A stretch of DNA of 64,000 nucleotides. Source: a virus. Below, piece after piece: positions 16,418 through 25,103 of this stretch (positions are counted from its first letter, which is position 1; each line of letters begins with the position of its first letter). The stretch covers positions 3,963-67,962 of the IMG/VR virus record IMGVR_UViG_3300005844_000002. One strand, 5' to 3'. Under the pieces are notes generated by a model. It worked only from the letters and a program-made list of their open reading frames with translations, searched no databases and had not been told where the DNA came from. A program made the translations under genes and the position numbers.

Positions 16418-16939
16418 TTAAGCTGCTAAGTTTTTGCTTAGCTCTTCTCGGATCCACCTGCGCCAAGTCCGGTTTTTGTTAATGTTTATCACCGTAGAGA
16501 GCCCAACGTTAAACAATTGAGCGATTGTTTTCTTGTTGAGGTCAAGCATGCATAGGGCTTTGATAAGAATCGCAGTATCAACGGTTAGTTTTGTGTTATG
16601 GTTGCGTTCTCCCCATCTGCTTAATCCAGTCTTTACGGCATGAAGTAGGTTTTCCGACGGAGTACACCATTCTAGGTTGTCCGGTCGGTTGTCGTGTTTG
16701 ATCCCGTTCTTATGGTTAACCTGTTCTTTCCGTAGCGGATTCTTATGGAACGCGGCGCAAACAACGCGATGCACTGGTCTGTCCATGTAAGCGGTTATTC
16801 CTAGCCTCAACCTAATGGTGACATATCCGTCATGAGTGAACTGTTGTGGGATTGGTCCAAAGATCTCTTCGTGCTGAATAGTCCCGAGAGTGGACACTAG
16901 ATAGCCTTTGATCCTTGATCTTTTCCAATGCTCTTCCAT
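16418..16939 (-). CDS. HNH endonuclease with a C-terminal HTH
   Basis: VHRVVCAAF, QVNHKNGIKHDNRPDNLEW, IAQLFNVGLSTV. Confidence 0.85.
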   Translation of the reverse strand: MEEHWKRSRIKGYLVSTLGTIQHEEIFGPIPQQFTHDGYVTIRLRLGITAYMDRPVHRVVCAAFHKNPLRKEQVNHKNGIKHDNRPDNLEWCTPSENLLHAVKTGLSRWGERNHNTKLTVDTAILIKALCMLDLNKKTIAQLFNVGLSTVININKNRTWRRWIREELSKNLAA

Positions 16940-17626
16940 TGGCCGATAATAGCAGACCCAAAAATTTCGGGTAGCTCAATCATTACTTCATGGATCGTTT
17001 TGGATTTAAGTAGTTATCCCGTTAACTTATTACGATTTAAGATTGGTCTTAGTCCCGATCCGTTAGCCTTCCGTTTCGGCGCAGTAACGCCAAGGACAAC
17101 GCACGTAAGGACAGCTAAAGGATTGTCTAGTCGTTTCCCGAGTGCATCTAGTTCCTGTAAAGTACTTTGACATCAAACTATTCAACGTCGAAATACCCGC
17201 CGTTTTAGCTCGGGAATGTCAGGAGGATGTCAGTAGGCATACCGGATCCGCGCCCAACTCGCGGCCAATCGTTAGCCCTACGCTAGGTAACTGGCTGCTA
17301 GTCTACAGCATTCCCCTTGCTGCTCTGACCCCGTAGGGCCTGACGCAGTCAGCCAGCACATCCCCCTTATAGGCTAAACCTATCCCTTAGCCTTTTCCCC
17401 TGTCCCTCGCGTCAGCGAGCCCACTCGGTATTCCCTCCCCCGGCTTGGCACCTTCCAAACTTCCCGTCAACCCGCCCGGACTGTTTCCATGTTAAAACGT
17501 TAAGAGACAACCGGTTAAGAAAAGAACAATAGCCGGATCCAAGCTGAAACGTACCCATACCGAACCGGCCTTGTTGAGCACGCTAAGTCTTGCGTAACAG
17601 TCACGTGCGTACCTGCTTACGAATCG

Positions 17627-17694
17627 CCCCTCCCCCTCCCGTTCCTCCCCCGACCCACCACCGGCCCACCCCCACCACCCCCCGGTGGCACCCC
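17627..17694. repeat. C-rich tract (G-runs on the minus strand) in a roughly 900-bp non-coding divergence region
   Basis: CCCCTCCCCCTCCC...CCCCCACCACCCCCCGG. Confidence 0.8.
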
Positions 17695-17868
17695 TATGGT
17701 TAAAAAGAGGCCATCCGTACCTACATACAGGTGGGTAAGAAATTTATATGGAAACAGTTAGGTTAGAAAATACAGTTGATGACAACATAACAATGATGTG
17801 GTGATGACATGAAAATAGTTACAGGTTGTTGTTGACATGCTGATGCGTTGATGGAAAAGTTACTTGTA

Positions 17869-18417
17869 ATGAAAAAACTATTATCATGTCGTGTTGATGA
17901 AACATTGATGACAAAATTACTGATACGTGCGGCGGAGGATACGATCGCAACAAAAAGCAAGGTAGGGGTTGGCGAAGTGATCGAGAGGTTGCTTGATGCG
18001 AAGTTAACAGGTAACACTGTAGACAAAAATACCGGTAAAGATGATGACAGAGTTAAGCGTTTACAGGAAGAGCTAGAGAACGCAGATAAGAACGTGCGCG
18101 AACTGATGAATCAAAAGCAGGCGTTGTTTGATGAGGTAAAGAAGCTTAGGGTAACACGAGCAGAAGATGACCCGAGTTTGGTTAAGCAAGCGGTAGAAGT
18201 GGCTACAAAGAACTGCCGAGAAGAGAACGAGCGGCTTAAGAAGAAGATCGCAGAGCTTGAGGATAAGGTTAACCAGACTAATGCAGAGAAGCTAAAGGAA
18301 GAGCTTGGGGTTAAGGGAAAGCTCGTGAGTGGATCGCAGATTAGCGCGCCGATAACATCGGCCAGGAATCCGCAGGTTGGAAGTCTCGCCCGGGATGGTA
18401 AGGAGAACTTTTTATGA
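17869..18417 (+). CDS. Ribbon-helix-helix-like N-terminus plus coiled coil
   Basis: MKKLLSCRVDETL...VGEVIERLL pattern followed by heptads. Confidence 0.65.
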   Translation: MKKLLSCRVDETLMTKLLIRAAEDTIATKSKVGVGEVIERLLDAKLTGNTVDKNTGKDDDRVKRLQEELENADKNVRELMNQKQALFDEVKKLRVTRAEDDPSLVKQAVEVATKNCREENERLKKKIAELEDKVNQTNAEKLKEELGVKGKLVSGSQISAPITSARNPQVGSLARDGKENFL

Positions 18418-18617
18418 ACGAAATAGACTGGATTCAAAAGGATTCTAGGTGCAAATCGTTGCGCGCTGCGATTTACGCATTGGCACTAGAAAACAGAGCG
18501 CTCGAAGATAGGATAGATGAACTAGAGGATCAAATGTCCAGACTTGGAATGGAATACGAGACGCAGATAGATAAGCTTAAAAAAGAGATCCTGAAGGCGG
18601 AGGGACGAGACCAATGA
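18414..18617 (+). CDS. Coiled-coil protein
   Basis: ATGA-coupled. Confidence 0.65.
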   Translation: MNEIDWIQKDSRCKSLRAAIYALALENRALEDRIDELEDQMSRLGMEYETQIDKLKKEILKAEGRDQ

Positions 18618-18844
18618 AAGCCTGGATTTTGATGCATTGGTTCTATCTATTTGTGGCCGCGTTTATCGTCATGGTTCTGGCTGGCCTGATTGCTGATACG
18701 ACGCCTAAGAATAGCGTAGTGCATACGGTGTCAGGGCTAGTCATGGCCGCGATATTCTTTCCATTGACGGCGATCGTTGTGTACTACCAGGAGAAGAGAG
18801 ATGAGGCGTATCACAGCCGCAGGAAAGGGAGACGCTACCGATGA
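18614..18844 (+). CDS. Two-TM membrane protein
   Basis: Two hydrophobic helices and a basic tail. Confidence 0.7.
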   Translation: MKAWILMHWFYLFVAAFIVMVLAGLIADTTPKNSVVHTVSGLVMAAIFFPLTAIVVYYQEKRDEAYHSRRKGRRYR

Positions 18845-19443
18845 TAACTGACAAAGACATAATCATAGAACTCTTGCGCCAGCGGGAAGACTTGCAGGCT
18901 AAGCTAAGCGCGATTAATAGGGGTAATTTTTTATCTCTGCCGAAGCACATCCAGGATAAATTAAATATAAAGCGATCCGACCTAAAAAAGCCAGCTGAGG
19001 AGTTTCATGAAGCCCTTAAGAGGGACTACAGGAGAATTGCTATTGAAAGTAATAACGAAGTAGTTGATTTGAGAAAGAAGATAGAAGAACTAAAGAGTTA
19101 CACCGAAGAGCTAGCAGATAAAGTATCTAAGATTACAGCAGAACGGGATAATCTTAAAAAGCAATACGAAGCACTAGAATATCAACGCGACGACCTTTCT
19201 AGCGTTCTCAAGGAGTGCAACTTTCCTGAGCTTAAGAAGCTGCTTAACGTTCCAGAAGGAGAGATACTATCGACTCAGCTCGTAAAAAAGGTACAGGAAT
19301 TGATTAGAGAAAGGGATCATTGGAAATCAATGCAGAATATGCTAGCCAAGAAAACTATAGATCTTAGAGATAAGTATGATGAGGCGTCCAAAGAGTTATT
19401 GGAACTTAGAGATAGATACGATAAACTGGTGGACGAACAATGA
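18841..19443 (+). CDS. Coiled-coil protein
   Basis: Heptad pattern. Confidence 0.7.
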   Translation: MITDKDIIIELLRQREDLQAKLSAINRGNFLSLPKHIQDKLNIKRSDLKKPAEEFHEALKRDYRRIAIESNNEVVDLRKKIEELKSYTEELADKVSKITAERDNLKKQYEALEYQRDDLSSVLKECNFPELKKLLNVPEGEILSTQLVKKVQELIRERDHWKSMQNMLAKKTIDLRDKYDEASKELLELRDRYDKLVDEQ

Positions 19444-19724
19444 ACTGGTTTGTCTTCACTGTAGCCGCGTTCGCTGTCTTCCGAATTTCAGAACTAATCG
19501 TCTACGATAAGATATTCGCCTGGTTCCGCGAACTGTTCTCTGGCGTTAAGTTCATCAATGATCTAGTCACCTGCTTTTACTGCTGCTCAATCTGGGTTGC
19601 GTTATTCGCTACTCTCTATGCTCACTATCTAGGCTACGTCGATTGGCTACACTCCTTCGGATACTTCGTAGCTCTCTCGGGTGCCGCTTGCGTGATCTAC
19701 CGCGCTATACGCGAAAGGAAATAG
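19440..19724 (+). CDS. DUF1360-like membrane protein
   Basis: AVFRISELIVYD.IF..FR, LVTCFYCCSIWVA. Confidence 0.75.
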   Translation: MNWFVFTVAAFAVFRISELIVYDKIFAWFRELFSGVKFINDLVTCFYCCSIWVALFATLYAHYLGYVDWLHSFGYFVALSGAACVIYRAIRERK

Positions 19725-21158
19725 TTACAACCCAGCGTAACCAAGAGCCGAAGCAAACGCTTGAATCTTGTCCGAAGGAATAGCATAGATCCTTCCAACT
19801 GAATCGTAGACTCCGCCGAACTGTACTGCTAAAGCCTTACGCTTGTCGTCATCCGTCTGGGCACCGACTGTGAACTGAGCAAAGAAACAGGTTGCGTCTC
19901 CGCCAGTCGATTTGCCGACAAGAGAGAAAACAGCCTGCATAGTACTGGATATAGTAATAGACCCTCCACCTACTGAATAGGCTGGTCCGCTCTTTATTGG
20001 AGTAGTCTGAATCACGTTTCCATTGAGCTTTATGTCTACCTGATTTGACTGTCCCCAGTTTGCTCGGTTCGCCCACTTATACCCATAGACATACGTTCCA
20101 GCCGCGAGCGTAATCGTCTGACTAATCGATCCCTGATTCTGGATAAACGCCACCTGCCCTAGATCCTCATTGCCGCTCGTGAAATCCGAGCCAGATCCCG
20201 TAAGCCCAGAGCCTTCGCTAAACGTCCAAGCTGAGCCTTTCGGATTGTAAACATAGGCCGTCTTTCCCATTCCAACATTAGGCGTTTGAAAACTTGTGTC
20301 TAAAAGCGTTGTATTCATAGTGGCGTATGATCCTAAGAATTCCTTGGAAAAAAGGTCCATTGTGTTTTTAAAGTTAATCACTCCAGCCCCCTGAGTGTAG
20401 GGAGAATTAACTTTCACACATCCGCGCAAGATTAAGTCTTTGACTTCTTCACGTTGTATCGCGTAGCCAATCTTGTCTGCTTCGTAGAGTAAACGAAGCG
20501 CAATCGCGGCCACCTGAGGACAGGTAAGCGATGTATAACCATAAGCCACGCAATCCGGCTGTCTACCATCCGGCGCTTCATGCCCAAAGTCCGCCGAACC
20601 AACCGCGATAACTTCAGGTGAATACGCTGGAAAATTCTGGAGATATCCACCAGAGTATAGCATGCCAAGATCTGGCAGCGCCGCGCAACAGACCTGATTC
20701 GTATTGTGCAAGTAATCCTTGAGCCGAGCGAATGTGTTCTGTTCAGGCGAAGTACCAGCCGGATAGCCCGTCACCGAATCCTTCGCTACGTTGTCCCCGA
20801 ATGAACAGTTGATCACGATCCTAATCCCTGGATCAAGGTCATACGGCATCATAACCGGGAAGGGGTTTACCGGCTGCGCATCCGACTTAAACCAAATCCG
20901 GCCATCACCCAAGCACGGCTTTCCTTTAAACCACGAAGAGTGTTCTACAAAAATATCTGTGCATATCTGGCCAGCAGGAGAACTAGCACCAGCCAGAAAT
21001 CCTGCTACCGCCGTAGCATGCTGGCCTACGCCGAATCCAGTAGTAGGTCCAGTTGCTTCAATCTTAGCGTTAACCGTGACCGGGTTCGGCATCCAGTTAT
21101 TCGCTGGCTCATTCCTAGGGCTTGCCTCGACTTGTCTGAATGCGTACCTAGTCGGCAT
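19725..21158 (-). CDS. Divergent S8 subtilase plus jelly-roll/CBM-like domain
   Basis: HATAVAG (His), INCSFG, FPAYSPEVIAVGS, GYTSLTCPQVA (Ser); C-terminal SFQTPNVG...VAFIQNQGSISQT domain. Confidence 0.7.
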   Translation of the reverse strand: MPTRYAFRQVEASPRNEPANNWMPNPVTVNAKIEATGPTTGFGVGQHATAVAGFLAGASSPAGQICTDIFVEHSSWFKGKPCLGDGRIWFKSDAQPVNPFPVMMPYDLDPGIRIVINCSFGDNVAKDSVTGYPAGTSPEQNTFARLKDYLHNTNQVCCAALPDLGMLYSGGYLQNFPAYSPEVIAVGSADFGHEAPDGRQPDCVAYGYTSLTCPQVAAIALRLLYEADKIGYAIQREEVKDLILRGCVKVNSPYTQGAGVINFKNTMDLFSKEFLGSYATMNTTLLDTSFQTPNVGMGKTAYVYNPKGSAWTFSEGSGLTGSGSDFTSGNEDLGQVAFIQNQGSISQTITLAAGTYVYGYKWANRANWGQSNQVDIKLNGNVIQTTPIKSGPAYSVGGGSITISSTMQAVFSLVGKSTGGDATCFFAQFTVGAQTDDDKRKALAVQFGGVYDSVGRIYAIPSDKIQAFASALGYAGL

Positions 21159-21159
21159 C

Positions 21160-21507
21160 TTATTTCCAGGCTTTTTGAAATTCCTGAATCGCGGCCACCA
21201 GAGCTTTTCCTGCTTCTGTGATCATTGGTCCATTATAGCGAAATCCCTGTGCGTCTGCTAGCGCAAAGACCGATCTAAAGTCTTTGTGGTTCCAAATCTC
21301 TTGGTCTTTCTGTGCCATAGCAATGCTAGCGTCACAGAGCGCCTTCGCTGTAGCTTCCTTGTCTTGTGTTTTTTTCTTTTCGTCGTCTAGCGCTTTCGTG
21401 AGAACATCGACCTGAGATTGCAATGTCTCCGATCGAGTCTTCCATCCGTTCTCTGATTCTTGTTCGTCTGGTTCCATAAGTGGATTTCGGTGCGTGCTAT
21501 TGATCAT
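21160..21507 (-). CDS. Hypothetical protein
   Basis: Coupled in the operon. Confidence 0.6.
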   Translation of the reverse strand: MINSTHRNPLMEPDEQESENGWKTRSETLQSQVDVLTKALDDEKKKTQDKEATAKALCDASIAMAQKDQEIWNHKDFRSVFALADAQGFRYNGPMITEAGKALVAAIQEFQKAWK

Positions 21508-22280
21508 GTGGGTAATAGTTTTTTTCTTACAATGTTAATGGCTTCAAAACCTTTGCTGCCGTGAAAATAAACTGGGTGAATCTCCTGGTCCTTTAGTGGG
21601 TGATTGTTTGGATACCGCTTAGCTGAAAACAGATATTGCTCTAGGGATACTCCTTCGGGAAGTGGGTTGTGAACGCTATTGATCCGATAGTCGTTCCAAA
21701 TCAATTTACTGGCGCGGGCCTTTGGCAAAATAATCGGGGCCTGATAGGTATCCCATGATCCATTCGCGTGCGTCCTAAAAAACTTGTTGTCCTTAACAAA
21801 CTGTGGATCGATCAGCATGTTTCCATTGATGTGCTCGGAGTAACACCAGAACATACCCGAACTCATCCAAGCCCCAAGGATCTGCTGGCTTCCGCCGTGA
21901 TGCCACTCATCATAGATCTCTTTGATCCAGGTCTTTCGTAGTGGCACGAAGTCTGGTTCCATTAGCATGAACGCCGCGTAATCCCAACCCCTGTCTCGGT
22001 GACCTACGAATACGTCCGAGACGACCTCTCTAATCTGAGCGTTAGGACCAGCAGGCCATCCCGTCACAGCATCATTGCAGGTATGTGTGTAGACGTTAGC
22101 GAACTTCTTTTTGGCTAGCTCGACAAGGGATGGATCGTGCTTTGTTCCGTAGGCCGCGCTAAACATGAAGTCTGCGTAGGGACACACGCCGTCCTCTAGG
22201 TCTAGGATCAGCCGAGTGAGCGCAAAGGCTACGTCTCTGTCGCCAGGGGAAAACTGAAGAACTAGAAGTAGTTTTCTCAC
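21504..22280 (-). CDS. Glycosyltransferase-like (GT-A) protein
   Basis: GWPAGPN, LMEPDFVPL, HINGNML, FHGSK. Confidence 0.6.
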   Translation of the reverse strand: MRKLLLVLQFSPGDRDVAFALTRLILDLEDGVCPYADFMFSAAYGTKHDPSLVELAKKKFANVYTHTCNDAVTGWPAGPNAQIREVVSDVFVGHRDRGWDYAAFMLMEPDFVPLRKTWIKEIYDEWHHGGSQQILGAWMSSGMFWCYSEHINGNMLIDPQFVKDNKFFRTHANGSWDTYQAPIILPKARASKLIWNDYRINSVHNPLPEGVSLEQYLFSAKRYPNNHPLKDQEIHPVYFHGSKGFEAINIVRKKLLPT

Positions 22281-22474
22281 TGGAGTTTAGCGATCTTACG
22301 TGATATGTCCATCTTCAACGTTCCGGCCAACATTAGACAAACCTTTAGGTCTCCTAAAGAACACGAAGCCAATTCACCAGGAACGCCGGTACTGACCGAA
22401 ATAACGACATCTGGAAAATTCAAACGCAGTTCCTCCTCACACTTTTTAAACACATCTATTTGGTTTTCGGTCAT
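22277..22474 (-). CDS. Hypothetical protein
   Basis: Coupled. Confidence 0.55.
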   Translation of the reverse strand: MTENQIDVFKKCEEELRLNFPDVVISVSTGVPGELASCSLGDLKVCLMLAGTLKMDISRKIAKLQ

Positions 22475-23277
22475 GCTACGATCCTCCGTGCCATGCGCAA
22501 CTGATGCTGGTAAAGTTCCCAGTGCTTTGGGTCTCTGCTTGAATGGCTCCAGAACTGGGTTACTTTGTGCGCCGTTTTTGGGTGCGACTGGATATCTGGT
22601 TTTTCGATCTCGATAAAGTTGTATAGTTTGTGGAGATCAGCATGGAAGTGAGCCCAGGCTCCAAGCGTAGGAAACTCAGCGAAGCCCTGCGGCCACGAGT
22701 TCTCCTGTTCAATGACGTACTGATTGAATGGGCACTTGTGAACATTCTCTATCTGTTCCCTCATAGATTTATAAACTTCCCTTACGTGAACAGACGGATG
22801 ACGCTGCATGGTCTCGAAGGGGAAAAACTCAACGCCAAGTCCAAGCGCCCGCACTACATTCTGCTGCCAGCGATGCTCCGCCCTACCATCCGGAAATGAG
22901 CTGTATTTCACCATTAATAGATCTGGCTTACCGTTTCGTATGTAATCCTCAGGCGTAACCGGCTCGTGAAACAAGCAATCCGAATCCATGTGCATGATGA
23001 AGTCTGCGTGCGGGCAATAAATGTCCGCGCTACAGATCATGACCTCGTGCATCAGCATGCCCTTACCCTTAAGGTCGATGTACTTCTTGACTCTGATTGG
23101 TGCGCCGTCCTTCGTGCGCCACGCTTCAAACGGAAGGAAAGAGCCTAGATCGTCCCATGGCACAATGATTGTAACACCAGAGAAGCCGGAGGCGTACTTG
23201 GAAATGGATCGCAAGGACAGCGTGATCCACTCTAAATCAGGTAAGAAAGAAACGATTACGATCTCGGTGTTAGGCAC
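22471..23277 (-). CDS. Glycosyltransferase-like protein (DUF6492-like)
   Basis: IVIVSF..D...L..SI, HMDSDC (DxD), FAEFPTLG. Confidence 0.7.
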   Translation of the reverse strand: MPNTEIVIVSFLPDLEWITLSLRSISKYASGFSGVTIIVPWDDLGSFLPFEAWRTKDGAPIRVKKYIDLKGKGMLMHEVMICSADIYCPHADFIMHMDSDCLFHEPVTPEDYIRNGKPDLLMVKYSSFPDGRAEHRWQQNVVRALGLGVEFFPFETMQRHPSVHVREVYKSMREQIENVHKCPFNQYVIEQENSWPQGFAEFPTLGAWAHFHADLHKLYNFIEIEKPDIQSHPKTAHKVTQFWSHSSRDPKHWELYQHQLRMARRIVA

Positions 23278-23282
23278 GTTCG

Positions 23283-23438
23283 TTATTTCCGTTTCTTAGG
23301 AATTTTAGCGTTCTTAGCTAGACCTTGAGCCTTGCGCGTAGCTGACGCTAGAATAGCTCCAGCACGTTCTTTAGAAATACCCTGGCGCTTAGCGATACTG
23401 GCCTGTACTTTGGCGAATCCTGGATGGGCTTTTGACAT
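23283..23438 (-). CDS. Small basic phage protein (HPGFxxVQ family)
   Basis: MSKAHPGFAKVQASIAKRQGISKERAGAILASATRK; start moved to 23438. Confidence 0.7.
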   Translation of the reverse strand: MSKAHPGFAKVQASIAKRQGISKERAGAILASATRKAQGLAKNAKIPKKRK

Positions 23439-23457
23439 GGTGATTTTACTGTTTTGG

Positions 23458-24195
23458 TCAGCTAGACCGTTTGACTGTGCTTGCATAGAGAATAGGCTTG
23501 GCGTACTTGGTTTTTGGAATGCCTCCGCTCCCAAGAATCTTAAGCTCCGATAGCGTAGTCTTGTCGTAGTGTGTGTGCCGTCCGCGCTCGCCATGCACGG
23601 GATGGAACACCACTCGCCAATCGGTTAGATCAAAGTACCTGTTGCTCGGAAGCCGCTCGCGAAAATAGGCGTTAACCGTGTTGTCCCAAATGATTCGACC
23701 AATCGTAAGCTTTGTTGCCATCATGGCAGTCATTTCTTTATGGAGTACTTCCCAGATTCTCCTAGGAGCAATGAAAATATCCAGGCCGAAATCGTGAGGA
23801 TCTCGCTTCGCATTGTCTAGACCTAGCAGTGGATCGTAGGTGTAGCGAAACGAAGTCGCGGCCCAGTTACGTTTCATGTTGTGCGTTCTCACCACTTCCT
23901 CAACTAGATTGATGTCGCGGCCTAGAACAATATCCGAGTTAACGATCGCCATTGATGTCTCTGGATTGCCCTGCTTAATGGCCCAGTCTAACATCTCGTA
24001 GATCGTAGGTGGATTCTGCTGGGGCTTAACGAACTCAATCTGGAAGTTCTCCTTTAACCAAGTGTCGTTAGACGTATTGAAGTAAACTATACGACTTCCT
24101 AGTTTCTCCCAAGAATCAAGCGCCGCCAACTGAAGGTCGGCGTATTGCCGACTCTGGTTGAACGGACGAAGCGATGATAAGATGTACTCGATCAC
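23458..24195 (-). CDS. Glycosyltransferase-like protein
   Basis: AIVNSDI, GLDIFI, IGRIIWDN, FHPVH. Confidence 0.65.
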   Translation of the reverse strand: MIEYILSSLRPFNQSRQYADLQLAALDSWEKLGSRIVYFNTSNDTWLKENFQIEFVKPQQNPPTIYEMLDWAIKQGNPETSMAIVNSDIVLGRDINLVEEVVRTHNMKRNWAATSFRYTYDPLLGLDNAKRDPHDFGLDIFIAPRRIWEVLHKEMTAMMATKLTIGRIIWDNTVNAYFRERLPSNRYFDLTDWRVVFHPVHGERGRHTHYDKTTLSELKILGSGGIPKTKYAKPILYASTVKRSS

Positions 24196-24197
24196 GA

Positions 24198-25103
24198 TCA
24201 GTAGATATAATCGCCAACGTGCCCTAGGATAAGGCTAGGATCCAAGTACGTTGGAATCCCGCAGAGCTTAGCACGGTGACACATAATCATGTCCTCTCCT
24301 TGGTCTGGAGTGTCGGCGTTGAAATAGCCATAGTGTCGGTCTGATTTTACGGGTTTAATCTGCGGGAACAGTTCGTCGGCACGCTCACGCATCGTCTCGA
24401 AAACCGACCTATGAATACGCATCATTCCCATGCCAGCAAACCTAACCTCTTCCAGCGTATGTTCCCCGCCGGTCCTTAGAATCTCGTGATAGCGTGCGTC
24501 TTGTGATGGAGATTCAAACGCATTGGCTACTTGTGCCTTATGGCTTTCGTTCCTTCCAAAGTATAGCGCGGCTACGATCTTCTTGTCTGCTGGATGAGAC
24601 ATGATCCGGCTTATGGCGTTGAAGCTGGCATTAGGCTCAGGTAGATTGCATCCAATAGAACGAAGCATTGCTCCGTTTCCGCACGGAAACACCATGTCGT
24701 CATCGACAAATATGAACCACTCGCTGTCAGTTCTAAGTGCCATATCGACTAGCATGTTCCTGGCCTCAGAGATTAGTGTTCTGAACTTAGGGAGAAATCC
24801 AATCTTTTCCGGTCCATATTGCGCGTAATTCACGAACAATGTCGCGTGCGTAAGCCCATTGTACGTACGATAAATAGGGCTAAGAATGAGAACCCGCTTA
24901 CCGGTAATATTCCAAATCTCAGGAGGCGTAATAGTAAGGAACTCATTAAGCACCATCTGTGCTGCAGAGATACTTGGCATGTTCTTACTTTTCTGCCACG
25001 CAATAGCCGTAGGCAGAGACACGCCAAAGAAGTCTGCCGCCTTGGTGGGACCAAGCTGATTGACTTTGTTGATGACTAAGCCGGCAAGATCAATAGCAGG
25101 CAT
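24198..25103 (-). CDS. HTH-glycosyltransferase (GT2-like) fusion
   Basis: N-terminal GPTKAADFFGVSLPTAIAW; ARNMLV, FVDDDM, AGMGMMRI, GEDMIMC, LGHVG. Confidence 0.75.
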   Translation of the reverse strand: MPAIDLAGLVINKVNQLGPTKAADFFGVSLPTAIAWQKSKNMPSISAAQMVLNEFLTITPPEIWNITGKRVLILSPIYRTYNGLTHATLFVNYAQYGPEKIGFLPKFRTLISEARNMLVDMALRTDSEWFIFVDDDMVFPCGNGAMLRSIGCNLPEPNASFNAISRIMSHPADKKIVAALYFGRNESHKAQVANAFESPSQDARYHEILRTGGEHTLEEVRFAGMGMMRIHRSVFETMRERADELFPQIKPVKSDRHYGYFNADTPDQGEDMIMCHRAKLCGIPTYLDPSLILGHVGDYIY

